DNA of 38,185 bases from Candidatus Methylomirabilia bacterium (GTDB lineage: Bacteria > Methylomirabilota > Methylomirabilia > Rokubacteriales > CSP1-6): NCBI GenBank assembly GCA_041497895.1, contig JBGQHJ010000029.1, positions 1 through 38,185 on the forward strand, written 5' to 3'. Each line of letters starts with the position of its first letter. Position 1 is the stretch's first letter. This document shows, one piece after another, positions 8,698 through 17,150 of this stretch. The notes below the pieces were generated by a model. The model saw only the letters and a list, made by a program, of their open reading frames with translations. It had not been told where the DNA came from and ran no database searches. The translations under genes and the position numbers were made by a program.

Positions 8698-9522
8698 GTG
8701 CTGCCCGAGCTGCAGGAGCGCGATGCCACCGGCGCGATCGCGGCCATCTACGCCGAGATCCGCCGGGTCTGGGCCGTGCCGTACGTGTCCTCGCTCCAGC
8801 GCCACCTCGCCACGCGCCCGGGCTGGCTCGAGTGGACGTGGGCCGCGGTGGGCCCCGCGTTCACGAGCGGCCGGGCGCAGGTCGCGGCGCGGCTCGCCGC
8901 CGAGGGCCTGGTGGTCCCGCGCCTGGCGCCGATGTCGCGCGACGCGCTCCGGGTCTGGGGCGTCGATCCCGCCGGGGAAGCGGCCATCCGCGCCGCGTGC
9001 GCCAGCTTCGTCCGCGTGAGCCCGATCAACCTCGTGCTGTCGGGCCTGCTGCGCCGCGTCCTGACCGGCGACCGCCCCGCGGGCCCGGCGGACGGCGAGC
9101 CGAACTGGACGCCGCCCCCGCCGCTCGGGCCGCTGCCTGCACTCGTCGACCCGGCCGCGCTGCCCGCGTCGCAGCAGGCGCTCCTCGCCTCGCTCGGCAC
9201 CACGGTGGGCGGCGAGCCGTTCGTCCCGGGCCTCTACCGCATGCTCGCGTCGTGGCCGGCGTTCCTCGCCCACGCGGCCACCGTGCTCCGACCGCTGCTC
9301 GACGACGGCGCGACCCGCGCGGCGTGCCAGCGGCTCCTGGCCGCGGTGGACGCGGAGGTGCCGGCGATCTTCACGGCGCTGCCGCCGCGGCCCGCCGATC
9401 CCCCGATGCCGCCCGCCCGCGACGTCCCGGCGGTGCTGGCCGCGCTCGACACCTATCGGAAGACGAGCCCGGAGATGGTAGTCTTCGGCCGGATGCTCGG
9501 CGACGCGCTGCCCCAACCCTGA
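8698..9522 (+). CDS. Hypothetical helical protein resembling the DehI (group I haloacid dehalogenase) repeat family
   Basis: GTG at 8698. ATGAIAAIYAEIRRVWAVPYVSSLQRHLATRPGWLEWTW and a second repeat VPGLYRMLASWPAFL. Similarity is from recall only. Confidence 0.55.
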   Translation: MLPELQERDATGAIAAIYAEIRRVWAVPYVSSLQRHLATRPGWLEWTWAAVGPAFTSGRAQVAARLAAEGLVVPRLAPMSRDALRVWGVDPAGEAAIRAACASFVRVSPINLVLSGLLRRVLTGDRPAGPADGEPNWTPPPPLGPLPALVDPAALPASQQALLASLGTTVGGEPFVPGLYRMLASWPAFLAHAATVLRPLLDDGATRAACQRLLAAVDAEVPAIFTALPPRPADPPMPPARDVPAVLAALDTYRKTSPEMVVFGRMLGDALPQP

Positions 9523-9542
9523 CGAGAAGAGAGAACGAGCCG

Positions 9543-10301
9543 ATGAACATTCGACCGAACAAGGTGAAGCAGCGCCTGGCCGCCGGCCAGGTGGCGACGA
9601 TCCTGGCCGGCACCAACGACCCGGACCTGATCGACCAGCTCGGCCCGCTGGGCGCCGACGGCATCTGGCTGGAGGGCGAGCACGGCGGCGTCGACTACGC
9701 CGACCTGGGCAACCTGACGAGGGCCTGCGACCTCTGGGGCGTGAGCAGCGTGGTGCGGGTGATGGACAACGACTACGCCACGATCTACCGCACCCTCGAC
9801 CGTGGGGCCCAGGGCATCGTGGTGCCGCACGTCAACACGCGCGCGGAGGCGCAGGCGGCGGTCGAGGCGGCCAAGTTCGCGCCGCTCGGCAAGCGTGGCA
9901 TGTTCACGAGCCGCCAGGGCTTCGGGGTGACCGACTACCTCAAGACCGCCAACGACCAGAGCCTGCTGATCGTCCTGATCGAGGACATCGTGGCGGTGAA
10001 CAACCTCGACGAGATCCTGAAGACCGACCACATCGACGTCTTCTTCGTGGCCCCCAACGACCTCGCCACGTCGATGGGCCACATCGGCAAGCTGGACCTG
10101 CCGGAGGTGCAGAAGACGGTGGACGGGGCGATCGCGAGGATCGTGCAGTCGGGCCGCAAGGCCGGAACCCTGGTGAACAGCGGCAACGTCGAGCGCTACA
10201 CGCGACTCGGCGTGCGCTGCATCATGACGAGCTTCTTCCCGTGGATCCAGGCCGGCGTGAAGGACCTGATGGACCGCGCGGCGGTCGGCGCGAAGGGCTA
10301 G
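9543..10301 (+). CDS. HpcH/HpaI aldolase family protein
   Basis: ATG at 9543. WLEGEHG, VVRV, LDRGAQGIVVPHV, PLGKRG, LIED, VAPNDL. Confidence 0.9.
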   Translation: MNIRPNKVKQRLAAGQVATILAGTNDPDLIDQLGPLGADGIWLEGEHGGVDYADLGNLTRACDLWGVSSVVRVMDNDYATIYRTLDRGAQGIVVPHVNTRAEAQAAVEAAKFAPLGKRGMFTSRQGFGVTDYLKTANDQSLLIVLIEDIVAVNNLDEILKTDHIDVFFVAPNDLATSMGHIGKLDLPEVQKTVDGAIARIVQSGRKAGTLVNSGNVERYTRLGVRCIMTSFFPWIQAGVKDLMDRAAVGAKG

Positions 10302-10310
10302 CGACCGCGG

Positions 10311-11981
10311 TCAGGTAGTGGGGCGGGTCACGTCCGGCCGGAAGCGGCTTCCCGGCCGCGCGAGCCCACCGCTCACCCCGATCGGCGTGCCGTCGGCGCG
10401 CCAGCACGCCGCGCCCTCGAGCGTGCCGTCCGGCGCGAAGGCGACCGCGTTCATCCCGCCCGCGATCCCCCCGACCGCCACCACGCGGTGGCCGCGGGCC
10501 GCCACCGCCTCGCGGACCGCAACCGGAATGTCCCGCTCCATCTCGAGCTCCTGGCCCTGGCTCCAGATCCGGGGGGCCTCCACCGCTTCCTGTAGCGTCA
10601 TGCCGTGGTCGATCAGGTTGACCACCGCCTGGAACACGGAGGTGAAGATGCGCACCCCGCCGGGCAGACCGAGGGCCCACGCGGGCTTGCCGTCACGCAG
10701 CACGATGGTGGGGGCCATGCTGCTGGTCACCCGCTTGCCGGGCGCGATCGAGGCGGGCGTGCCCGGGTGCGGGTCGAAGAGCGCCATGGTGTTGTTCAGG
10801 AGCATCCCGGTGCCGGGCACGGTGGCCTTCGAGCCGAACAGGTTGTTGATGGTCTGGGTCATCGCGACCACGTTGCCGTCGGCGTCCGCGGTGGTGACGT
10901 GCGTGGTGTGGGCGGAGCCCGCCGTGACGTCCGGAGTGGCGCCGTAGTCACCCGCCCGATCCGGACGGATCTGCGCGCGCCGCGAGGCGGCGTACTCCTT
11001 CGAGATGAGCCGCTCGACCGGGATGTCCACGAAGGCCGGATCGCCGGTGCAGGCATTGCGGTCGGCGAAGCCGATCTTGAGCACCTCGGCGATCAGGTGG
11101 AAGTACTCCGCGGTACCGAAGCGAAGCCCGCGCGGATCGAAACCTTCGAGGATGTTCAGCATCTCGACGAGGTGGAGCCCGCCCGCGGTCGGCGGCGGGG
11201 CGCCCGCGATCTCGAAGCCGCGGTAGCGGCCGTGGACCGGCGACCGATCGATCGTCTCGTAGCGCGCCAGGTCGTCGAGGGTGATGATGCCGCCCGCCTT
11301 CCGCATGTAGTCGGCCACCGTCGCGCCCAGGTCGCCCCCGTAGAGCACGCCCGGGCCCTTCGCCGCGATCAGCCGCAGGGTGGCCGCGTACGCCGGCATC
11401 GCGATCAGATCGCCCGGCTTGATGGGCGCGCCGCCGGGCAGGAAGGTGCGCGCGGTCTCGGGGAAGCGTGCCAGGTCGGGCGCGGTCTCCTTGACCGCCT
11501 CGACCAGGTAGGGCGTCGCGCGGAAGCCGTGCTCGGCGTGGCGGATCGCGGGCTGCATCACGGCCTCGAGATCGAGGCGGCCGAAGCGCGCCATCACCTC
11601 CGCCCACGCCTTGAGCGTGCCGGGCACTCCGACCGAGAGGAGGCCGACCAGGTTGACGTCGCCTTCCGCCCGCAGGTAGTCGGGCCACGTGTCGGAGACG
11701 GGCCGGTACATCTCGGGGCGGGCGGCCGCCGGCGCGGTGGTGTAGTTGTCGATCACCAGGTGCCGGCCGTCGGCCAGGCGGAGGTGCGTCATCCCCGCGC
11801 CGAAGATGCCGACCATCATCGGCTCCACCACGGTCAGGGCGAAGAGGGCGCCGATCGCCGCGTCCACCGCGTTGCCGCCCGCCGCGAGCATCTCGGCGCC
11901 CGCGGCCGAGCCGAGCGGGTGATTGGTGACCACCATGCCACGTGACGCCGTCGCCGGGCGCTTCTCGGTCATGGGCGGCAT
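10311..11981 (-). CDS. ggt: Gamma-glutamyltransferase family protein
   Basis: GGNAVDAA, VVEPMMVGI, VGVPGT, autoprocessing Thr in HTTHVT, GMLLNN, PGKRVTSSMAPT. ATG overlaps the upstream TGA; alternative start at 11972. Confidence 0.93.
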   Translation of the reverse strand: MPPMTEKRPATASRGMVVTNHPLGSAAGAEMLAAGGNAVDAAIGALFALTVVEPMMVGIFGAGMTHLRLADGRHLVIDNYTTAPAAARPEMYRPVSDTWPDYLRAEGDVNLVGLLSVGVPGTLKAWAEVMARFGRLDLEAVMQPAIRHAEHGFRATPYLVEAVKETAPDLARFPETARTFLPGGAPIKPGDLIAMPAYAATLRLIAAKGPGVLYGGDLGATVADYMRKAGGIITLDDLARYETIDRSPVHGRYRGFEIAGAPPPTAGGLHLVEMLNILEGFDPRGLRFGTAEYFHLIAEVLKIGFADRNACTGDPAFVDIPVERLISKEYAASRRAQIRPDRAGDYGATPDVTAGSAHTTHVTTADADGNVVAMTQTINNLFGSKATVPGTGMLLNNTMALFDPHPGTPASIAPGKRVTSSMAPTIVLRDGKPAWALGLPGGVRIFTSVFQAVVNLIDHGMTLQEAVEAPRIWSQGQELEMERDIPVAVREAVAARGHRVVAVGGIAGGMNAVAFAPDGTLEGAACWRADGTPIGVSGGLARPGSRFRPDVTRPTT

Positions 11982-12955
11982 CAGGCGAGCAGGCGCGGCA
12001 AGCGCTCGCGCAGGATGGCCTCGGCGTCGCGGCTGATCTCGCGGACCAGGTCGGCGGCCGGCTCGACGCGATCGATGAGGCCGGCGGTCTGGCCGATCAT
12101 GATCGCGCCGCGGTCCGGGTCGCCCGCCTTCGCGGCCTCGCGGAGCCGCGCGCTCACTTCCACCCGGTGCCGCCGCAGCTCGTTCTCGCGCCCGATCCAC
12201 TCCTCGATGAAGCGGTTCCGCCGCACGCGCACGTAGGCACCGGGCCACACCTGCCCGTGCGCCACGTCGGGAATGTCGGTGACCAGGGTGTCGTGGCCGT
12301 CGCTCTCGAGAATCGCCTGCTTGAACCCCTTGGCGATCGGCGCCTCGTCGCTGGCCAGGAAGCGGGTGCCCAGCAGCACCCCGTCGGCGCCCAGGGCCAG
12401 CGCCGCGGCGAGCCCGCGCCCGTCGGCGACGCCGCCCGCGGCGAGCACCGGGACCGGCGCCACCGCGCTCACCACCATGGGGACGAGCGGCATCGTGCCC
12501 ATCACCCCGACGTGACCGCCGCCCTCGGTGCCCTGGGCCACGATCACGTCGACGCCGGCCCGCGCGGCCGCCCTCGCCTCGGCTACCGTCGAGATCATGT
12601 GCATGAAGAGCGCCCCGATCGCGTGGGCCCTCGCGACATAGCCGGCCAGCTCCTGCTCGAGCGTCGGCCACGCGGTCGAGACTACCCGGGGCCGTGCCGC
12701 GAGGAGCCCATCGTACTGGCCGGGCCGCTCCCGGAACAGGAGCAGGTTCAGCCCGAAGGGCTTGCCGGTCAGCGCGCGGATCGCGGCGGCGTCGCGGGCC
12801 ACCGCGTCGGGATCCTGCGCGGTCGCGCCCAGCACGCCAAGGCCGCCCGCCTCGGAGACCGCGGCCACCAGCGCGGGCGACGTGCCGGTCCCCATCCCGC
12901 CCAGGACGATCGGATGCTCGATGCCGAGCAGCTCGCAGATGCGTGTCCGCAACAT
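11981..12955 (-). CDS. Nitronate monooxygenase / FabK-like FMN-dependent oxidoreductase
   Basis: LGIEHPIVLGGM, AVSEAGGLG, QGTEGGGH, VLAAGGVADGRG, GTRFLAS. Confidence 0.9.
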   Translation of the reverse strand: MLRTRICELLGIEHPIVLGGMGTGTSPALVAAVSEAGGLGVLGATAQDPDAVARDAAAIRALTGKPFGLNLLLFRERPGQYDGLLAARPRVVSTAWPTLEQELAGYVARAHAIGALFMHMISTVAEARAAARAGVDVIVAQGTEGGGHVGVMGTMPLVPMVVSAVAPVPVLAAGGVADGRGLAAALALGADGVLLGTRFLASDEAPIAKGFKQAILESDGHDTLVTDIPDVAHGQVWPGAYVRVRRNRFIEEWIGRENELRRHRVEVSARLREAAKAGDPDRGAIMIGQTAGLIDRVEPAADLVREISRDAEAILRERLPRLLA

Positions 12956-12968
12956 GGTCGTCTCCTCT

Positions 12969-14015
12969 TCAGGGTCGCGCGAGAGGCCGGATGGGCCAGA
13001 CCTCCGGCAGCGCCGTCGCCAGCCACCGCGCGAGCGCCGCGTTCACCGCGCGCGGCTTCTCCTGCGCCATCCAGTGCCCCGACGGCACCACCACCTCGGT
13101 GAGGTTCCGGCAGTCGCGCCGCATGGGCTCGGCCAGCCGGGAGCCGACGGTCTCGCAGGTGTAGTCGTACTCGCCGTGCAGGAACAGCACCGGGAGGGTG
13201 AGCCTGCCGCCATCCTTCGCCCGAGTCGCGTAGACCAGGTTCCGCTCGGCGTTCATGTACCAGGAGTCCGGCCCGAAGAAGCCGTTGCGCGCGAGGCCGA
13301 CCGCGTACGTGTCGAGCTCCGCCGCGGTCACCACGTCGGCATCCATCGGCACGTCCGGCGCCCGGCCGGTGCCGCCGAACCAGCCCCCGTCCTTGCGGGT
13401 CTGCGCGGTCCGGGACGGCTTGCCCTTGCCGCTCGGGCTCCCCTTCCGGAACAGCGCCTTGACGGTGTTGCGCGGGTCGGCGTCGAAGGCGGCGCACGCC
13501 TTCTCGAAGCTCTCCTCGTAGAAGAGCATGTAGTCCCACTGCCCCGCCGGGTACTGCGCCTCCGGATAGACCGCGCGATCTACCAGAGGGATGAGGTTCC
13601 TGTGGGAGAAGCCCGCGGCGAGGTACGGCACGCAGAGGTTGGCCACGCCCCAGCAGCGCTCCGAATGGTGGCTCGCCAGGCTCCAGACCACCGGGCTGCC
13701 CCAGTCGTGGCCCACCCACACCGCCTTCTCCCGGCCGAGTGCGTCGAGCAGCTCGATCATGTCGCGCACCGCGTGCTCGAGCGCGTAGTCCTCGTGGCGC
13801 GGGTAGACGCTCGATCGGCCGTAGCCGCGCATGTCGGGGGCGACCGCGCGGAAGCCGAGGTCGGCGAAGCACGGTAGCTGGTACCGCCAGCTGAGGGAGA
13901 GCTCCGGCCAGCCGTGCACGAACACGATCAGGGGGGCGTCGGCCGCGCCCGCGTCGAGGTAGAACGTGGTGTGCCGGTCCGTCCTTGCGACGCCGTCCGT
14001 CACCGGGGACCTCAT
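12969..14015 (-). CDS. Alpha/beta-fold epoxide hydrolase-like protein
   Basis: HGWPE oxyanion motif, PDMRGYG, Asp nucleophile GHDWG, WDYM and WY tyrosines, GHW catalytic His. Confidence 0.9.
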   Translation of the reverse strand: MRSPVTDGVARTDRHTTFYLDAGAADAPLIVFVHGWPELSLSWRYQLPCFADLGFRAVAPDMRGYGRSSVYPRHEDYALEHAVRDMIELLDALGREKAVWVGHDWGSPVVWSLASHHSERCWGVANLCVPYLAAGFSHRNLIPLVDRAVYPEAQYPAGQWDYMLFYEESFEKACAAFDADPRNTVKALFRKGSPSGKGKPSRTAQTRKDGGWFGGTGRAPDVPMDADVVTAAELDTYAVGLARNGFFGPDSWYMNAERNLVYATRAKDGGRLTLPVLFLHGEYDYTCETVGSRLAEPMRRDCRNLTEVVVPSGHWMAQEKPRAVNAALARWLATALPEVWPIRPLARP

Positions 14016-14027
14016 CCGCCGGCCCCG

Positions 14028-15221
14028 CTACACGACCGCGTCGCGCCGCAGCCGCGCGATCTCCTCCGCGGTGTAGCCGGCCTCGGCCAGGATCTGGTCG
14101 GTGTGCTCGCCGAGGGTCGGCGGCTCCCGGTCGATCCCCGGGCTGCCGTGCTCGAGCCGGAACCCCGCGCCCACCAGGCGCATCGGGCCGTAGCGCGAGT
14201 CGATGGTCTGGAGCACGTCGCGATGCTCGAGCTGCGGGTGGCCCACGATCTCGTCGATCTTCCAGATCGAGCCGCACGGCACGTCGGCCGCGGTCAGCCG
14301 CGCCTCCCACGTCCGCGGATCGTCACTCGCGAGCGCCTGCTCGATGATCTCGCGCAGGGCCGGCTCGTTGGCGGTGCGGGCCGGCCAGTCCTTGAACCGC
14401 GGGTCGGCCAGCGCGTCGGCGCGCCCGAGCGCCTTCATCAGGCTCGTGAACTGCTTCTCGGTCAGCACCGCCAGCACGATGTAGCCGCCGCCGCAGCGGA
14501 AGCGGCTCGCGGTGGGCTTGCGGCTCACCGAGCCGTTGCCGATCTGCTTCTGCTCGACGCCCGCCACCGTGTACTCGGACACCGGCCCCGCGATGAAGGC
14601 GAGCACCGCGTCCAGCATCGCCACGTCCACGAGCTGCCCGAGCCCGGTGTGCGTGCGCTGGTAGAGCGCGCTCGCCACCGCCAGCGCCGCGGTGATGCCG
14701 CCGATGGTGTCGCAGAGCGCGAACCCCGCGCGGGTGGGGCCCGAGGCCGGCTCGCCGGTGATCGACATGATCCCGGACATCGCCTGCAGCTTGCCGTCGA
14801 AGGCCGCGGTGGTCCGCTCCGGCCCGGTGCGGCCGAAGCCTGACACGCCGCAGTAGATGAGCCGCGGGTTGATCGCGGAAAGGGCCTCGTACCCGAGCCC
14901 GAGCCGGTCCATGACCCCGCCGCGGAAGTTCTCCCAGACCACATCCGCCCCGACCACCAGGCGCTTGACGATCTCGATCGCTTCCTTACGCCGGAGGTCG
15001 AGGGTGATCGACCGCTTGTTGCCGTTCATGGAGAGGAACGACGGCGCCATCTTCCGCTCCGCCCACTTGGGGTCGGCGGGCGAGATGCGCGTCTCGTCTC
15101 CCTCGTGCGACTCGACCTTGACGACGTCGGCGCCCAGGAGGGCGAGCTGATAGGTGCCGTAGGGGCCGGCGAGATAGCGGGTGAAGTCCAGGATGCGGAC
15201 GCCCGCGAACGGCTTGCTCAC
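14028..15221 (-). CDS. CaiB/BaiF class III CoA-transferase
   Basis: GTG at 15221 overlaps the upstream TGA (GTGA). PFAGVRILDF, LAGPYG, GADVVKVE, NGNKRSITLDL, ENFRGG, catalytic Asp in LCDTIGG, PTLGEHT. Confidence 0.93.
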   Translation of the reverse strand: MSKPFAGVRILDFTRYLAGPYGTYQLALLGADVVKVESHEGDETRISPADPKWAERKMAPSFLSMNGNKRSITLDLRRKEAIEIVKRLVVGADVVWENFRGGVMDRLGLGYEALSAINPRLIYCGVSGFGRTGPERTTAAFDGKLQAMSGIMSITGEPASGPTRAGFALCDTIGGITAALAVASALYQRTHTGLGQLVDVAMLDAVLAFIAGPVSEYTVAGVEQKQIGNGSVSRKPTASRFRCGGGYIVLAVLTEKQFTSLMKALGRADALADPRFKDWPARTANEPALREIIEQALASDDPRTWEARLTAADVPCGSIWKIDEIVGHPQLEHRDVLQTIDSRYGPMRLVGAGFRLEHGSPGIDREPPTLGEHTDQILAEAGYTAEEIARLRRDAVV

Positions 15222-16159
15222 GCGCCCTCGCGCTTGGCCTTCGCGACCGCCTTCACCACGTCGAACTCCTTCCGGCGCTCGGCGATGTCCTCCGGCGTGA
15301 GCTTGCCCACGTCGAGATACTTGTGCTTCCAGTCCGGGTCCGCGACCCAGCGCAGCGGAGACGCCACCGTGGTCCGGGCCGCCGGGGCGCTCTCGAGCAG
15401 GCGCAGCGCCAGCTCGAGCGTCCGGGCCTGCGACTCCGCGTCGAAGGGCCGCCCGGCCGAGTTGCCGAGCGGGAAGTCGCTCCACACGAAGCGCGGCACC
15501 CCGCAGTGCTCGACGATGTCCCGGGCGCAGCCCATGATCACGGTCGGCAGGCCGTTGGCTTCCAGATGCCGCGCGGCCAGACCCACGGTCTGGTGGCAGA
15601 CCGGTCAGCTGGGGACCAGCACCACCGCGTCGGCGCCGTCCTCCCGGCAGCGCCGCAGCAGCTCGGGCGCGTCGGTCTCCATGGTCACGCGATGGCTCCG
15701 GTTGGTCGGCGCCCCGTGGAAGCGCGGAGTCAGGCCGCCGATCCGCCCGGCCGCGACCGCCTCCTGCAGCCGGGTCAGCGGAAAGTACGCGTCGAGATCC
15801 TCGGGCACCGTGTTGGCGCGGTCGTAGCCCACGTGCGAGATCCGGAGATCGGGCTTGCTGTCCACCGGCGCCGAGTAGACCTGGTAGAACTTCGCCGCCG
15901 CGTTGTAGGGCGCGCGCGGCCCCTGGTCGCCCGCCTCCGGCTGGAACGGCGCCGCGGTCGTGATCAGCGCGACGCGCGCCCGCGCGAGGGGCACGGCGGG
16001 CGGCGTGAACGGCGCGTCGGTGAAGTGGGCCCAGCGATACGGGCTGAAGCCGAGCGCCTGGTAGTAGGCGCGCGTGCGCTCCATGTACCGGATCGGGACG
16101 TCGTCCTCCGGGGCGAACTGGATCGGCGGGCGGGACGAGGCGACCGGGCCGGCGCTCAT
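15218..16159 (-). CDS. PrdB-like (GrdB/PrdB family, reductase selenoprotein B) protein, 313 aa, probable Sec at TGA 15607-15605 (codon 185)
   Basis: Track ORFs 15605..16501 and 15218..15586 are one frame separated by a single TGA: GADAVVLVPS-U-PVCHQTVGLAARHLEANGLPTV (UxxC). PrdB-type motifs lie on both sides (RVALITTA, SHVGYD, FPLTRL; GVPR, FPLGNSAGRP). ATG at 16159 overlaps the upstream TGA (ATGA). Confidence 0.9.
15577..15593 (-). promoter_or_regulatory. Putative bacterial SECIS element of the PrdB-like gene
   Basis: mRNA CCAGAC-CGUGG-GUCUGG (or a 7-bp stem with a GUG loop), starting 11 nt after UGA. Confidence 0.72.
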
Positions 16160-17106
16160 GCCGAGAAGGTCTTGATGACGAGCCCGCGCGCCTGCTGCGG
16201 GTCGACCCCGTTGGCCGCCATGCACGGGCTCGCGTCCTCGAGGATGCGGTCGGGGTCGCCCATGTGCATGTACTTCTTGTACGTGTCCTCGAACTCGATG
16301 CCGAGGGCGCGCGCGAAGAGCGTCAGGTAGTGCTCGACCACGATCGGCCGCTCCCGCTCGAAGCGGCACTGGTCGCGGTGGCAGCCGTGGTAGATGCCGG
16401 CCAGGTGCGTGGCCCCCCCCGCGTGCGCCCGATCGATGTCGTCGAGCGCCATCTGCCGCCAGACCTCGGGCCCGAGCTGCTCCTGCAGGGCCGGCGTGCA
16501 CGTGCGTCCCCAGCGCGCGTCGGGCTGGAAGTCGACCACCGTGATGCCGGGCACCGCCTCCAGCAAGCGCTGCGCGGCCAGTCCCTCACGCTCCCGGGCC
16601 GGGCTCGCGTAGTGGTAGTGGAGCGCCACCGTGGCCTCGACGCGCCGGGTGAAGGTGAAGAGCCCGCGGTCCAGGCAGTCGGCGAGGAACTCGGCGGTGT
16701 GGCGCTTCGGGAACGGCAGGTCGGCCTGGAGTACCTCGTCGTAGAACTGGATGCACGAGGGGCACCACATGACGACCTCGCGCGGGGCCATGCTCTGCAG
16801 CAGCTCGACGGTGTGGTTGGCGTAGCGCTCGCCCGAGGCCTCCTGCCCGCGCCGGTGATGCTGGATGCCGCAGCAGTAGGCGGGCCCGCCCGCGGCCACG
16901 TAGTCGAGGCCGAGGCGGTCGAACACCGCGCCCACCGTCTCGACCAGATGCGAGGTCCGCAGCACGTTGCAGCCCAGGTAGAGGACCACGTCGTGCCGCT
17001 CCCCGTCCCGCGGCGGCTTGAGGAGCCAGGTCCGCTCCTCCTTCCTCGAGAGCAGGTCGTGGGTCAGCTTGATCTCGCCGAAGTACTTGCCGTAGTCGAA
17101 GCTCAT
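16156..17106 (-). CDS. Cysteine-rich CCG-domain (HdrB/GlpC-like) Fe-S protein
   Basis: YLGC...YCCG...WCPSC pattern of a CCG domain, plus a degenerate second copy (HYH, RTC, YHGCHR). Confidence 0.72.
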   Translation of the reverse strand: MSFDYGKYFGEIKLTHDLLSRKEERTWLLKPPRDGERHDVVLYLGCNVLRTSHLVETVGAVFDRLGLDYVAAGGPAYCCGIQHHRRGQEASGERYANHTVELLQSMAPREVVMWCPSCIQFYDEVLQADLPFPKRHTAEFLADCLDRGLFTFTRRVEATVALHYHYASPAREREGLAAQRLLEAVPGITVVDFQPDARWGRTCTPALQEQLGPEVWRQMALDDIDRAHAGGATHLAGIYHGCHRDQCRFERERPIVVEHYLTLFARALGIEFEDTYKKYMHMGDPDRILEDASPCMAANGVDPQQARGLVIKTFSA

Positions 17107-17115
17107 GGTGTCGAG

Positions 17116-17124
17116 AGTTTACCA
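17116..17124 (-). promoter_or_regulatory. Extended -10 promoter element for the CCG/PrdB-like operon
   Basis: TGgTAAACT lies 9 nt upstream of ATG 17106, with no SD. Confidence 0.5.
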
Positions 17125-17150
17125 CCGCGGGGCGGCAAACGGACGGGGGG

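Noticed and set aside
7456..9522. 688-aa ORF overlapping the amidase, possible frameshift fusion
   Set aside because: The amidase has its own intact frame and stop. The overlap is low-complexity alternative-frame sequence typical of high-GC DNA, with no slippery site seen.
10311..12671. 786-aa extended GGT
   Set aside because: The extension overlaps the NMO-like gene out of frame. The TGATG junction at 11981 marks the true start.
15218..16159. Pseudogene interpretation of the split PrdB-like gene (likewise 1573..2205)
   Set aside because: In both genes the only lesion is a TGA at the redox Cys/Sec position followed by a SECIS-like hairpin. Two random nonsense mutations with this pattern are unlikely.
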